Source: Amoebophrya sp. A120 (lineage: Eukaryota > Protista > Dinoflagellata). From it: a DNA stretch of 64,000 nt. Shown here piece after piece: positions 30,001 to 42,025 of this stretch. Each line of letters opens with the position of its first letter. Position 1 is the stretch's first letter. The position numbers and the translations under genes were made by a program. A model generated the notes under the pieces. The model was not told the origin of the DNA. It was given only the letters and a program-made list of their open reading frames with translations, and searched no databases. The DNA lies in NCBI GenBank assembly GCA_905178155.1, contig CAJINV010000003.1, positions 1,253,560-1,317,559 of the forward strand, given 5' to 3'.

Positions 30001-33000
30001 GCGCCACACCGAACACGGACAGCGAGCTTCCCATCCGGTGGAAGGACCGCACGGAGAGGGAGGAAGCTAACCCGATGAAGTCCAGGATCGACATGGAACT
30101 CCCCAGCCGGCAGATGCCGAAGATCGAGGCGGTGCTGCCGAGTCGCATCATGGTACGCACGGACATCGCGGACCCCATGTGGAAGACATCCAGCACGGAC
30201 ATCTGCGAGCCGAACCGCACCATGCCGTAGAGCGACAAAGTCGACCCAAACCGCATCATGCTGCGCAGCGAAAACGACGACCCGAGGGAGAAGGTGTCCA
30301 GCAGCGAGACGCTGGAGCCGTACCGCATCACCCCGAATACGGAAATGCTGGAGCCCATCCGCGCGAACGATCTTAGCGAGATCGCGGACCCGACGCTGAT
30401 GAAATCGAGCACGGACAGCGCGGACCCGACGAAGCTCAACCCGTACACGGAGTAACTGGACCCTAATCGGCAGGCGGACCGGAGGGACAACGCGGATCCG
30501 ATGGTGAAGAAGTCCAGCAGAGACACCTGCGAGCCGATCTTCGCAACCCCGTAGGTCGAAACCGAGGAGCCAAGCCGGACGAAGCTACGGATACTGAACG
30601 TGGACCCGAGTCCCTGGAAGTCCAGCACGGAAACGCCGCTTCCAAGTTTCAGCATGCAGTACACCGACAGCGCGGACCCGAACCGCGTGAAGCTCCGTAG
30701 ACTCATGGTGCTGCCGACGCTGACGAAATCTAGGATGGAGCAACTGCTCCCCAATTTCGCGATGCCGTACACGGAGAGCGAACTGCCCATGCGGATGAAG
30801 TTCCGCAGCGACAACGCGGAACCAACCTGCACCATGTCGAGAACCGAGATGCTGGAATTCAGGTTCACCATACCGTAAACCGACAACGAACTCCCGATGC
30901 GCAGGTAACTCCGGATGCTCATGCTGCTACCTAGTTGAAAGTAATCCAGCACGGAGCAGCTGCTCCCGAGCGTGAGCAGGCCGTAGGTGCTCATCGCGGA
31001 ACCGAGCCGCGAGAAACCGCGCGTGGACAGACTGGAACCGCAGCTGACGAAGTCCAGAATGGAGAAGCAGGACCCGATCCGGGTCATGCCGTACACGGAG
31101 AAGCCGGAGCCGAACCGGTGGAAGCCGCGGAGGGAGAGAGAACTACCAAAATTCACGTAGTCCAAAATCGACACGTTGGATCCCAACCTTGCCATCCCGT
31201 ACACGGACAACGACGACCCGAGGCGGCACATACTGCGGCAACTCAAACTGGACCCGAAGTTGACAAAGTCGACTAAAGATAAAACCGACCCGAGTCGGCA
31301 CAGTCCCATGGCGGAGATCGTAGATCCTAACCGGAGGAAACTTCGTAACGACAGGTCGGACCCGAAGTGCACGTAGTCCAGAACCGATAAAGCGGACCCG
31401 AGTCTCGTGGTTCCGTACACGGAAATGCTGCTCGACAATCGGCTGTACGACCGGAGGGACAAACTCGATCCTAGAGAAACGTAGTCCAGCACGGACACGG
31501 ACGAGGCCATTCTCGCGATGCCGTAGATACTGCAAGAACTTCCGCACCGCACGAAACTCCGGATGGACAGCGAGGAACACAAATTCAACGCGCCGTAGGC
31601 GGAGAGACTGGATCCGAAGTACACGTAGGAACGCAGGGACAGGGAACTGCCCGCGAACACGTAGTCCAGCACGGAGAGGGAAGAACCTAATTTCACGTAC
31701 CCGTAGACGGAGAACGTCGAGCCTAACCTCGTGTAGCTGCGCATGGACAGGGAGGAACCCAGGTGCAGGAAATCCAAAATCGAGAAGGCGGAACCCATGC
31801 GCGCGGTACCGTACACGGACAGGCCGGAACCCCACCTACAGAATGACTTCACGGAGCACGAAGACCCGAGACTGACGTAGTCGAGACACGACATCGCGGA
31901 CCCGAGCCGCGCGATACCGTAGATCGAGGTCGCCGACCCGGCGCGGCAGAAACTACGGACGGACAGACCAGAACCCATGCTGACAAAGTTCAGCACGGAG
32001 ATGGACGAACCGAGCAGCGTCAAACCGTAGACGGACAGGCTCTTCCCGAGTCTGCTCAACGCGCGCACCGAGGCGCAACTGCCCAGATGTACGAAGTCCA
32101 GGGTGGAGAGACTGGACCCTAATTGGCCAATCCCGTACAGCGAGAAGCTGCTTCCGAACCGCGTGAACGTGCGCATTGACAGCGCGGAGCCGATGCTGGT
32201 GTAGTCGAGGACGGACAGCGAGGACCCGAACCTGGCCAGCCCGTAGATGGACAACCCGGACCCGAGGCGCCCGAAGGAGGTCAGGGAGACCGTGGACCCC
32301 ATGTGCGCGAAGTCGAGCACGGAGAGCGCGGACCCCAGCCGGCTCATGCCGTAGACGGAGAGCGCGGATCCGTACCGGCAGAAACTACGGACGGACATCG
32401 AGGACCCGAGCGTGTAGAAGGCCAGGATCGAGACCGCGGACCCGAGGCGACTCACCCCGTACACGGACAGCTTGTGGCCGAACCGCCCGAAGCTCTTCAG
32501 CGACAGCGAACTCCCAAACATGCACCAGTCGACGATGGAGAAGGCGGAGCCCAAGCGCACGATCCCGAACACGGAGATACTGGACCCGACGCGGGTGAAG
32601 GACCGGATGGACATCGCACTGCCCAGCTCGATGTAATCCAAAACGGAGACGCTGGACCCGCACCGCGTGATCCCGTAAACGGAAAAGGCGCTTCCCATCC
32701 GCGCGAAGGACCGGAACGAGATGGAACTGCCGATGCTCACGTAGTCCAGCACGGACATGGCGGACCCGAGCAGCCCGATTCCGTACAGACTCAGCGCGGA
32801 CCCCGCCCGCACAAAGTTGCGGATACTGATGCTGGACCCGAAGGACGCGTAGTCGAGCAGCGACAACGAACTCCCCAGCATGCCGAACGAGTACAGCGAG
32901 CAGGTCGAGCCGAAACGCGCAAAACTCCGGAGGGAGAACGAACTCCCGACGGAGGCGAAGTCCGTCAGACTGAAGGAACTTCCCAGCCTACTCAGCCCGT

Positions 33001-36000
33001 ACAGCGACAAGCTGCTGCCGAGCCGCCCGTAGCTGCGCAGCGATAAGGCGGACCCGAAGGCGATGTAGTCCAGGGTACTCAAACTACTCCCTAACCGGTG
33101 CACGCCGAAGGTCGAGAGCGAGGACCCCAGCCGGAGGAAACTGCGGCACGAGAACGTGCTCGAGAGGATCACGTAGTCCAGCACCGACATGGCGGATCCT
33201 AATCTTGAAGCGCCGTACACAGACAGGGAGCTGCCCAACCGGCCGCAGTTCCGCACGGAGAGCGAGGAGCCAAAGCTGATGTAGTCCAGCACGGACACGC
33301 TGGACCCGCACTTGGTAAACCCGTACACGGACAGAGAGCTTCCCATGCGACCCAGCGTTCGCACCGACAGGGTGCTGCCCAGACTGATGAAGTCCAGCAT
33401 GGAGAGCGAGCTTCCTAGTCTGGCGAGCCCGAACACGCTCATGGCCGATCCTAGTCGCGCGAACCCGCGGCAGCTCATGCCACTTCCGAGCGAAAACATG
33501 TCCAGCAGGGATAAAGCCGATCCGCATCGCCCCTGCCCAAAAATCGACAACGCGGAACCTACGCGCGCGTAGCACCGGAGCGACAGACTGCTCCCCAAGT
33601 GGTTCGAGTCCAACACGGAGAGCTCGGCGCCTACTCGCGCCAGGTAGAAGGACGAAAAAGCCGACCCGAGCCGCGTGTAGCTCCGGATCGAGAACGCGGA
33701 ACCGAAGTTCACGAAGTCGATCACACTCATCGCGCTACCAAACCTGGCAATGCCGAACAGCGACATGGAGGATCCCAGTCGGAAGAACGACCGCATGGAC
33801 ATCCCGGACCCCAGGTGCACGAAGTCGAGAACACTCATGCTGCCGCCCAACCGGGCGCACCCGTAGAGACTCATGGTGGATCCGAGTCGGGCCAGGGACC
33901 GCAGACTGAAGCTCGACCCGCACGTGGAGAAATCCAACACGGACAGCCCGCTGCCGAACCGGCCCATCCCGTACAGACTCAGGGTACTGCCGAGCCGCAC
34001 GACGCCACGGATGGAGACGCCACTGGACAGCGAGACGAAATCCAGCACGGACAACGCACTGCCCATGCGCGCGATACCGAAGACGGAAAGCGTGCTGCCG
34101 ACCCGCATAAACTTAGACAGGGAAAAGCTCGAACCGATGGATACGCAATCCAACACGCTCATTCCACTGCCGAACCGGGTCAAGCCGTACACGGAGCAAC
34201 TGGAGCCTAATCGCGCGAAGGTGCGGCAGGAGAGCGAGCTGCCGACGGACATGGCGTCCAGCAGCGACAGGTTGGACCCCATCTGCGCCACTCCGTAGAC
34301 CGACAGCGACATGCCGAAGCGCGCGAACGACCGCACACTGCAGCTGGAACTCAGGTGCGCGAAATCCAGCACCGACAGACTGGACCCGATCAAGCCGCAC
34401 CCGTACACGGACATGGAACTGCCGAGGCGCGCGAACGATCGGAGCGACATCGAACTGCCCATGCACGCGAAGTCCAGCACGGAGAGGTTGCTGCCAAGCT
34501 TGGTGATGCCGTAGGCGGACAGACTGGACCCGAAGCGCACGCAGTTTCGCACGGACAGCGAGCTGCCGAACGACAGAAAGTCCAAGCAGGACATGGAACT
34601 GCCGAGCCGGCCAAATCCGTAGACGGACAAGGAGCTTCCCAGCCGCGTGTAGGAGCGCATGGAGCACGAACTGCCGAAGGTGACAAAGTCTAAAACCGAG
34701 ATCGCCGACCCAAGTCTCGCCACCCCGAAGACGGAGATGCTGGACCCCACGCGGCTGAAGGTGCGCACACTCATGCTGGAGCCGAAGTGGATGAAGTCCA
34801 GCACGGACAGGCTGGATCCTAACCTCGCGGCCCCGTACACGGACATGGAACTGCCGTACCGCACCAGCGCGCGCAGCGACATGCTGCTGCCCATGGTCAG
34901 GAAATCCAGCACGGAGAGCGAACTCCCGAGTCTCGACAGCCCGTAGACCGACACGGCGTGCCCGATGCGCCCAAACCGGCGGATTGAGAGCGAACTGCCG
35001 AAGTGCGCGAAGTCGAGCAGGGACACCGCGGACCCGAGCCGCGCGTACCCGTAGATACTGCAGGAGGACCCTAACCGCGCAAACGTTCGCACGGACACGC
35101 CGCTCCCGAAGCCCACGAAATCCAGTACGGAAAGCGAACTCCCGATCCGCGCGGTGCCGTACACGGAGAGCGACGACCCCAACCGCAAAAAGGACCGCAG
35201 CGAGGTGCAACTCCCAAAGTGTCCGCAGTCCAGCACGGACAGCGAGGATCCCAGCCTCGTGAACCCGTAGACGGACAGACTGCTGCCCACGCGCCCGAAC
35301 CCGCGTAAGCTCATGGAACTACCAAAGTGGCCGAAGTCTAAGAGGGACAAAGAACTGCCGATGGAGGTCATGCCGTACACGCTCATTGCACTTCCAATGC
35401 GGTGGAAGGACCGCACCGAGATCGTGCTGCCGATCGACGCGTAGTCCAGGATGGAGAACGCGGACCCGAGCGTGGCCACCCCGTACACGGACAGGGAACT
35501 CCCGATCCGGATGTAGCTCTTCAGGGACATGGAGCTGCCCATGTTGACGAAGTCCAGGATCGACATGTTGGACCCCAGTCTTGTCAGTCCGTACACGGAG
35601 AAGGTGCTGCCTAAGCGGACAAAGGACCGCAGACTCAGACTACTGCCGATGTGGGTGAAGTCCAGGATGGAGCAGGAGCTGCCGAACCGCGCCACCCCGA
35701 AGGTGGACAGCGCGCTGCCCAGGCGGACGAAGCTCGTGGTCGAGACGGACGACCCAAAGTACGCCTGCTGCCCGACGGAGAGAAAGCTCCCGATCCGGGT
35801 GTTCCCGAACACGGACACCGTGCTGCCGACCCGGAGGAAGTTCCGGATGGACACGGAGGACCCAAAATGCGCGTAGTCCAACACCGACATCAGCGACCCG
35901 ATCCGGGTCATCCCGTACACGGATATGATGCTTCCCGCGCGCAGGAACGACCGCAGACTCATGGAGGACCCGAGCAAGGAGCAATCTAGCATGGAGAGCG

Positions 36001-37160
36001 AGGACCCGATCCGGGACAGCCCGTACACGGAGCAAGAACTCGACAGTCGGACGAAACTCCTACTGGACAACGAGCTCCCAATGTTGAAGAAGTCCAGCAC
36101 GGAGAGCGAACTCCCGATCTTGCTGTAGCCGTACACGGAGCAGGTGGATCCGAGGCGCGCGAACGCGCGGCAACTGATGCTGGACCCCAGGGACACGAAG
36201 TCAAGGACGGACAAACTGCTGCCGAGGAAGCCCAGGCCGTACAGACTCATCGCGGACCCGAGCCGCAGAAAGTTCCGCACCGACATGCTGGATGAGAAGT
36301 GCGCGAAGTCCAGGATCGACAGCGTACTGCCCAGCTGGCTCAGTCCGTACACGGACATGGTCAGGCCGATCCGCGCGTAACTCCGGACGCTCAAGGCACT
36401 CCCGATGTGCACAAAGTCCAAAATCGACAGGTTGGACCCCAACCGCCCCATGCCGTAGCAACTGGCGCCGGACCCGATCCGGCAGTAGGCGCGGAGGGAG
36501 AGTGCGGAGCCCATGCTGGCGAAGTCGAGCACGGACAGGGAGGACCCGATTCGCGTCACGCCGTACACCGAGAAGCTGCTGCCCACGCGCCCGAAGGACC
36601 GCAACGAGAGCACGCTGCCGATGTAGCACACGTCCAACAAAGACAGCACGCTTCCCATGCGCAGTAACCCGTACGCGGACAGACTGCTGCCGTACCGGGC
36701 GAAGCCCCGGACGGAGATGCTGGACCCGCAGCTGATGTAGTCCAGGATACTCAGCATCGACCCCATGCGGCTCATGCCGTACATGGAAAGACTGGACCCG
36801 CACCGCTGGTACTGCCGGATGGACAAGGAACTACCCAAAGAGACGAAGTCCAGCACGGAGTGCGAGCTGCCCATGATGGCCTTGCAGAACACACTCAAGT
36901 TCCCGCCCATGCGCGTGAACGCGGTCACGGACAGCGAACTCGCCAGCTGCGTGAACCCGAGCACGGACATGCTGCTGCCGAACCGGGTCCACTGGAACAC
37001 GGACAAGTTGGACCCGCAGCGGGCGAAGTACCGCAGCGAAAAGGAGGAACTGAACGACACGAAGTTGAACACGGATAACCGGTGCCCGAACATCACGAAC
37101 TGTCGCACGCTCATCCCCGCGCCGAAGAACCCGTCGCCGAACACGGACAGGGAACTGCCT
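2..37160 (-). repeat. Coding array of ~1,030 degenerate 36-nt (12-aa) units with 108-nt (36-aa) higher-order periodicity
   Basis: Recurrent plus-strand words such as gtccagcacggac, gctgccgaaccgcgcgaa and ccgtacacggac correspond to minus-strand SVLD, FARFGS and SVYG. Units are conserved at protein level and diverged at DNA level. Confidence 0.95.
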
Positions 37161-37905
37161 AATTTGGTCATCTGCCGCACGGACAAAGCCTCGCCGAAGG
37201 TGGTGTCCTGCGCCACGGAGAGCTTGTTCGCGACCACGGTACCCGCACTGCTGTCGGACGCCAGCTGCTCGCTCGCGATCGACGTGCGGCCCGCTAATCT
37301 CGTGTCGGACACCACGGAAAGCGTCTTCCCGAGGTTCACGGCGTCGGTGACGGACAATTTCGTGTGGAACAAAAGCTCCTCGTCCTGCCGAAGGGTGATG
37401 TAGTCCACCTTCGTTGACTCGCCGCCCACTTCCGTGGCCTGTTGTGGTTGTCGGTTGAGTTCGGATTTTGCATTCAATTGTTCTTAACGCAAAACAAAAG
37501 GTCGTGCTGTAAGCGCTGCGAAGCTCTGAAAAAAAATATTCTGAATTTAGTGCATGACGATACCTATGATATATTTGCAAAAAATTGTAGTTTTTTTTTG
37601 TATACCTCTTCCTCCTTCGCAATGACCAACGCCCCTCGGACCTGATCGTCCTCTGAGACGCCTGGGTTGCGGTATATGCTCCATTTTCGCACACCGTTGT
37701 AACGGAAGGCAATTTGTGGATTCTCGTTGTTTCGCGGATCGATATCGATGGGACCCAACAGCGAGATCTCACCGACCCGCGAAATCAGCACGAAGGCCTC
37801 CGTTTGTAGGAGGAAGGTGCTAAAAAAGAAAAACAGCAAGACCTGCAACAGGTTCGCAAAGAAAGAACCACCGCTGCTGCTGCCCTTCTGGGCACTTCGC
37901 GCCAT
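2..37905 (-). CDS. Giant secreted 12-aa-repeat protein (predicted beta-solenoid or beta-helix fibre), >=12,579 aa, 3'-partial; join(37905..37606, 37438..<2)
   Basis: The minus frame with codons at 2-4, 5-7, ... translates to regular GS[S]LS[VL]xxxxx repeats wherever sampled (pos 2-61 LSVTGSVMLGSVQFMSVVGM; ~36.7 kb GSSHSVLDFVSLGSSLSIRQYQRCGSSLSMYGMSRMGSMLSILDYISC). The ORF track lists no minus ORF ending in this frame between 1 and 37.4 kb, and all plus-strand 'MELPSR..' shadow ORFs share one frame. This implies no stop and no frameshift. The first upstream in-frame stop is TAA at 37484-37486, inside the intron. Exon 1 joins in phase 0 (…IAKEEE|ATEVGGESTKVDYITLRQD…). Confidence 0.93.
37439..37605 (-). 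other. Canonical GT-AG intron (167 nt) of the giant gene
   Basis: Minus strand reads GAG|GTATAC…CAACAG|GCC. It is AT-rich, contains stops in both flanking frames, and gives a phase-0 join. Confidence 0.85.
37795..37905 (-). other. Putative signal peptide of the giant protein (MARSAQKGSSSGGSFFANLLQVLLFFFFSTFLLQTEA)
   Basis: Basic n-region, hydrophobic h-region and a T-E-A cleavage-like site. The frame is open further upstream to ATG 38691, so it could instead be a signal anchor. Confidence 0.65.
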
Positions 37906-38949
37906 GCTGGTCCGCGGAATCCGCCACCTATTCGACGTCGTCGTGATGTCGCAACATCGTTCTATACTCGTGAGAGAATAAGGAGACGACGGCGCACAAC
38001 CTTGGAGTTTTCTGTCTAGATTTTCACGGTCAACAGCTCTGGGCCCGCAAAGTGCCGGCTGCAAAGGTTGTTGTTGATGTTCCGTAGTAGATCTGCTAGT
38101 CTTGGTTTTTCTATGACTATTTTCGGACGAAGATCTGGACCTTCTTCTCCGGGTCTTCTTGTCGAAACGAAGACGAGGGCGATGGTTTTCCTTTCTAACC
38201 CAGCATCCCTCGTGCTGCCACACGGACGGGGATGCTGCTGGAAGAGACGCGGCCGCTGTTGAAAACGCATCGGCTTCCTCGTCAATAAATTGGTTGTTGA
38301 TGCTGCTCTCCTCTGGTTTATAATTTCTTCTGCTACAACTCGTCGTTGACGTCGCCGTCGCAGTAGATATCAATTCGTCCCCGCAACAGCCGAAACTGCC
38401 ATTCCCGCTGGTGCAAGACGAAGACGATTTTCTCCTCCAGAGGCTCTGGTTTGTTTTTACCGTTGATGTTGTCGCGGAAAAAGTGCACGACCCGACGCTC
38501 CCGTGTTGAACGAGATGCCTTTTCCGATATATTTTTTGCACGGAATCATCATGCTCCTGCAGATGATCCGGCACAACTTCTGAAGAAGACTGCTGGTTTA
38601 TTCTGTTCCTCCGAATGGAAAAAGAAGACGAGGAGCTGCCGCCAGCCAGGCTGACGCCCGCGCCGGCTATTCTCCCAGGTTCCGTTTCCATCTAGAACGC
38701 CTGCTGCACCCCGTGTTTGTTCCAAACCAAATTTTTCCGCACCGCCATCGCGAAAACGTAGTTCTGGTGCTCCAACGACGAGGTTCTTTGTGCTTGCTTC
38801 ATCATGACGACCGAAATCTGCGCGGGTAACAAGTTTGGTAAAAATTCCGAAATAATTAGAAATTTTTTGGAACGAGAAGAAAGAAATAGCATGCAAATTA
38901 CATGTTCTGAATCGAATCTCTTGAATCCTCAAAACTCGGAAAAGTAAAA

Positions 38950-39320
38950 AAGATCCAAAAGAATCAACTTGGAACAATAGTAAGAAGAAAAAACTGTTGT
39001 TGAATATAGCAGACTAATAATAAAAGTGAATAGAATAGTGATAATCTTAAGGAAGTAAACTATTGAATATAAGAGTTAAACAACAAGTAAATCGTGATAA
39101 GTTTCAAATGATCAAAGAGTGTGATATCAACCTAGTTAGAATAAAAGCGAATATAAGTAAATTGTGATATTAGAATAATAAATTATCCTAAACCTCGTAT
39201 CAAATTGCGAAAAATGTAAATAAAAGAAAATAGTGAAAAAATAGGAAAAAATAGCAGTAACCTAAGTGCGTAAATAGTGATAAATTATTTTCGAGATATC
39301 CAAACTGTATGGTACCTATT
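38950..39320. promoter_or_regulatory. Very AT-rich, strand-asymmetric region upstream of the giant gene (possible promoter, 5'UTR or intron)
   Basis: A-rich on plus, T-rich on the transcribed minus strand, with no ORF. Role inferred from position only. Confidence 0.3.
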
Positions 39321-42025
39321 AATAATCATACCCGAAAACAACTCTCTCTCTTCGAAAAAACAGAGCTAAAGTTTTTTGGGTGGCAAGAGTTTGGGGTCGT
39401 CACACGGGGTGGGGTCATGGATTTTTTGGAAAAATTTGCAAGAATGAAGATTGGAAGCACACACATGAAACTCAATGCCGTTTCGGTCAAGAAGACGCTG
39501 ATTTTTGAGATAACCGTTCATTGCAGTCTTAGTACCTATCACTTTCTCTCTCACGCAACAATCATAAGATGCACTTTTGGCCAGAAAAAATGCTCGTCTT
39601 GAAACAGAACTGAAGCTGCTCTTCCTCTTCCTGCAGACAAATGGAAAGAAGCCGAATTGTTGTACCAGCTTGAATCGTCTAAAAAACTAGGAAACAGATT
39701 GTTTTGGTCTTTGCTCTTCTTATCTGAATTGCTCATGCTGCGAGTCTCACGGAACACACAAAAAAAACCGACATTTTTCTTGACGGAAAAAATCCTTCAC
39801 TGAAGAATCCTTGCCCAGCTACTACGGCCTACGTGCTCACGGATGCTATGTACGTACGAAATATGCTAAGGACGTTACCACGTATAATTATTTTCTTCTA
39901 GTTTTACTAAGTCGTCAGCATGGTACGAGGGAGTCAATGCTCTGCGACTGTACGTGTTGGAACGATTCTGCCGTTTTTCGTCCTTCTTGCGAGCGTGATG
40001 TGGAACGAGGATGCAAAACTCGCAGTACGGTTTGAACGCTCATCACGATGCAAAAGTTGTATATCAGCCACGTTTGCAATACGAATAGATGAAGATGCAA
40101 TCTTCACGTTTGCCAAAAGCAGAAATTACGTGTCAGTACGCTGGAGCTTCTAGACGCTACGCTGATGATACAAATACGCACGTTCCTTTTTCTTTCTCTG
40201 TAGAATTCTTAGCTTTCCGAGTGGTACAACCACATACCAAGACGTCAACCTCATACTCACGTTTCTTGTTGCAGTTTCTTGTCGCGCTAGAAGCCTATGC
40301 CTTTCAGAAAAGCAGTGTTGGTGTTGCGAGAAGGATCTACAAAACAGATAGCGACAAGCACTTGCTTCTTCGCTACAGAAGCCTTCCTCCAACTATGTAT
40401 TACGTACTATCAATGTTTATATAAATATCTCACTTAAAAACCGCAAATTGATGCGCGGCACTATCGTTCTCGTGTTTGTTTGCTTGTATTCATGCGTTTA
40501 AAACTGGGAAGGCGTTTACTCATGAATCTTTTTCTAGCGCTACTTCAATCAAAGCCGTCTGCTGCGAAACATGTCGAAACAAGACGCTGCTGACTACAGT
40601 CCTAGCCTAAAATTAGGCCTGACGAAAAAATATCTTGAGGAGGATGAAGCTCGCGACTCTTTGATCGTTTTGCTTCTATCTAATTCTTTTAAGCTTTTGT
40701 CGTTTTCTACTTCACTGTAAAAGCTTCAAAGTCTAAAGCGGTTACTTTGTTTCTCTTCTTTTTACTAAATCAATAATTTGAAAAAATATGAAAATTGTAG
40801 TTAGCAAAAGTGGTCAAAGTGCATGAATATGTTGAACAACAACTGGGCCAGCAAAATAATTGCTTTGTAAAATCACTGAAGGAAGTACTTAAAAATTGAG
40901 TACTTGTAGCAGCATGAACTGCTGGCCATCAACGCATAAGATCACACCACCCTTGCGGTAGAAGATTTAACCCTGCTGGTGCCTGCAGTTACGCTTTCGC
41001 TTACGAATACGATGTGAAAATCATATCCATCAAAATTTTCGTACTAGCCTCAAAGAATGCACCTCCGAGGGAAGTGCCTCAATCAAGATCAAGCACACAA
41101 CATAAAGCACTTACTAGGTGGGTGATGGGGGTCATTCTGGATAACTTCTACGCGCAAAAAAAAGAAATATTCCAACTCCATCGCATTTCTTCTGTCTCGA
41201 AGGTCTGAGAGCAAGAATATCGTGCCTCTTGTCTTTCACACTTACGGCATAAAATAAACAGTAGCTCACATAAGCCAAACTTTCTGTCGGATCTTTAAGC
41301 GAGCTCCGTCGTCGTGCAGGTGTCAAGTAGCCTAAGCAAGGAAGATGAGTTCATTTTTGCTGCATCAGTTTTAAAAGCAACCACAGCAAAATTCTACCTT
41401 TCTTAAATTCTTTTTTGGTTTTTGAAATTTGTTAAAGAAGAGTGTCGCAAAATTAGTGAAGATGCCGAAGAGAGTCTACGTACTTCAACGGAAGCCGTGA
41501 GTGTTTCTTGGTGAGCAAAATAAGAGCGAAAGCTGCTATTTGCTCCTATTCATGGATGATTCGTGCGAATCTCCAACAAATAAACCAGCAACAGATGTAT
41601 GTACTCTTACATTGATGCTCATCCGCCTCCTTCTGAGAGGCTAAAGCAGACCACTTGCAAGAGTGTGCATAGAAGGTGTAATCCATTTTTTCATAACTTT
41701 TCTATCATTTTCGAACTCCATTGCTGCTTCCACCGCAGTTGGAATATCTCTGGCTTTTTTTAAAGTCTTTTCTGTATCCTCAACGACGTGGAGCTTTCTC
41801 GAGTTCCATTTATTTTCCATTTCCCCGGGCCCGGACAGAAAACAAAAATAAAAATTCTGCAGACACAAAATGGAAACTCAAGTGTGAAGTTTCTATTTTT
41901 CGCACTACGAAACAGTAGAGCATAATCTAGGGATTTCCATTCTCATCAACAGCTGGCGGCCTTAGGGGCGTTACTGTTCTTCTTGACATCAATTGCATTT
42001 GCAATCTGTTGATAAACCCTGGTCG

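Noticed and set aside
2-37160. CRISPR array or satellite DNA suggested by the 36-nt periodicity
   Set aside because: There is no invariant repeat with unique spacers. Variation is codon-structured and no cas genes are present.
3-37403. Dozens of plus-strand ORFs with 'MELPSRAKLRTDSEEP'-like repeats and other short ORFs on both strands
   Set aside because: They are antisense or off-frame shadows of the giant minus-strand CDS. The plus-strand ones share one frame and end mostly at TAG/TAA created by Tyr codons on the coding strand.
3-37403. Stop-codon reassignment or readthrough making the plus frame one giant protein
   Set aside because: The minus frame is open under the standard code, has a signal peptide and splice sites, and other genes here end at ordinary stops. 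No recoding is needed.
39309-41918. Short ORFs in the AT-rich region
   Set aside because: No coding-like composition or recognisable motif. Only 41641-41850 might be a terminal exon, and it is unsupported.
41984-42016. CATCAATTGCATTTGCAATCTGTTGATA resembling a collapsed introner end
   Set aside because: Too short and degenerate, with no TSD or TIR core.
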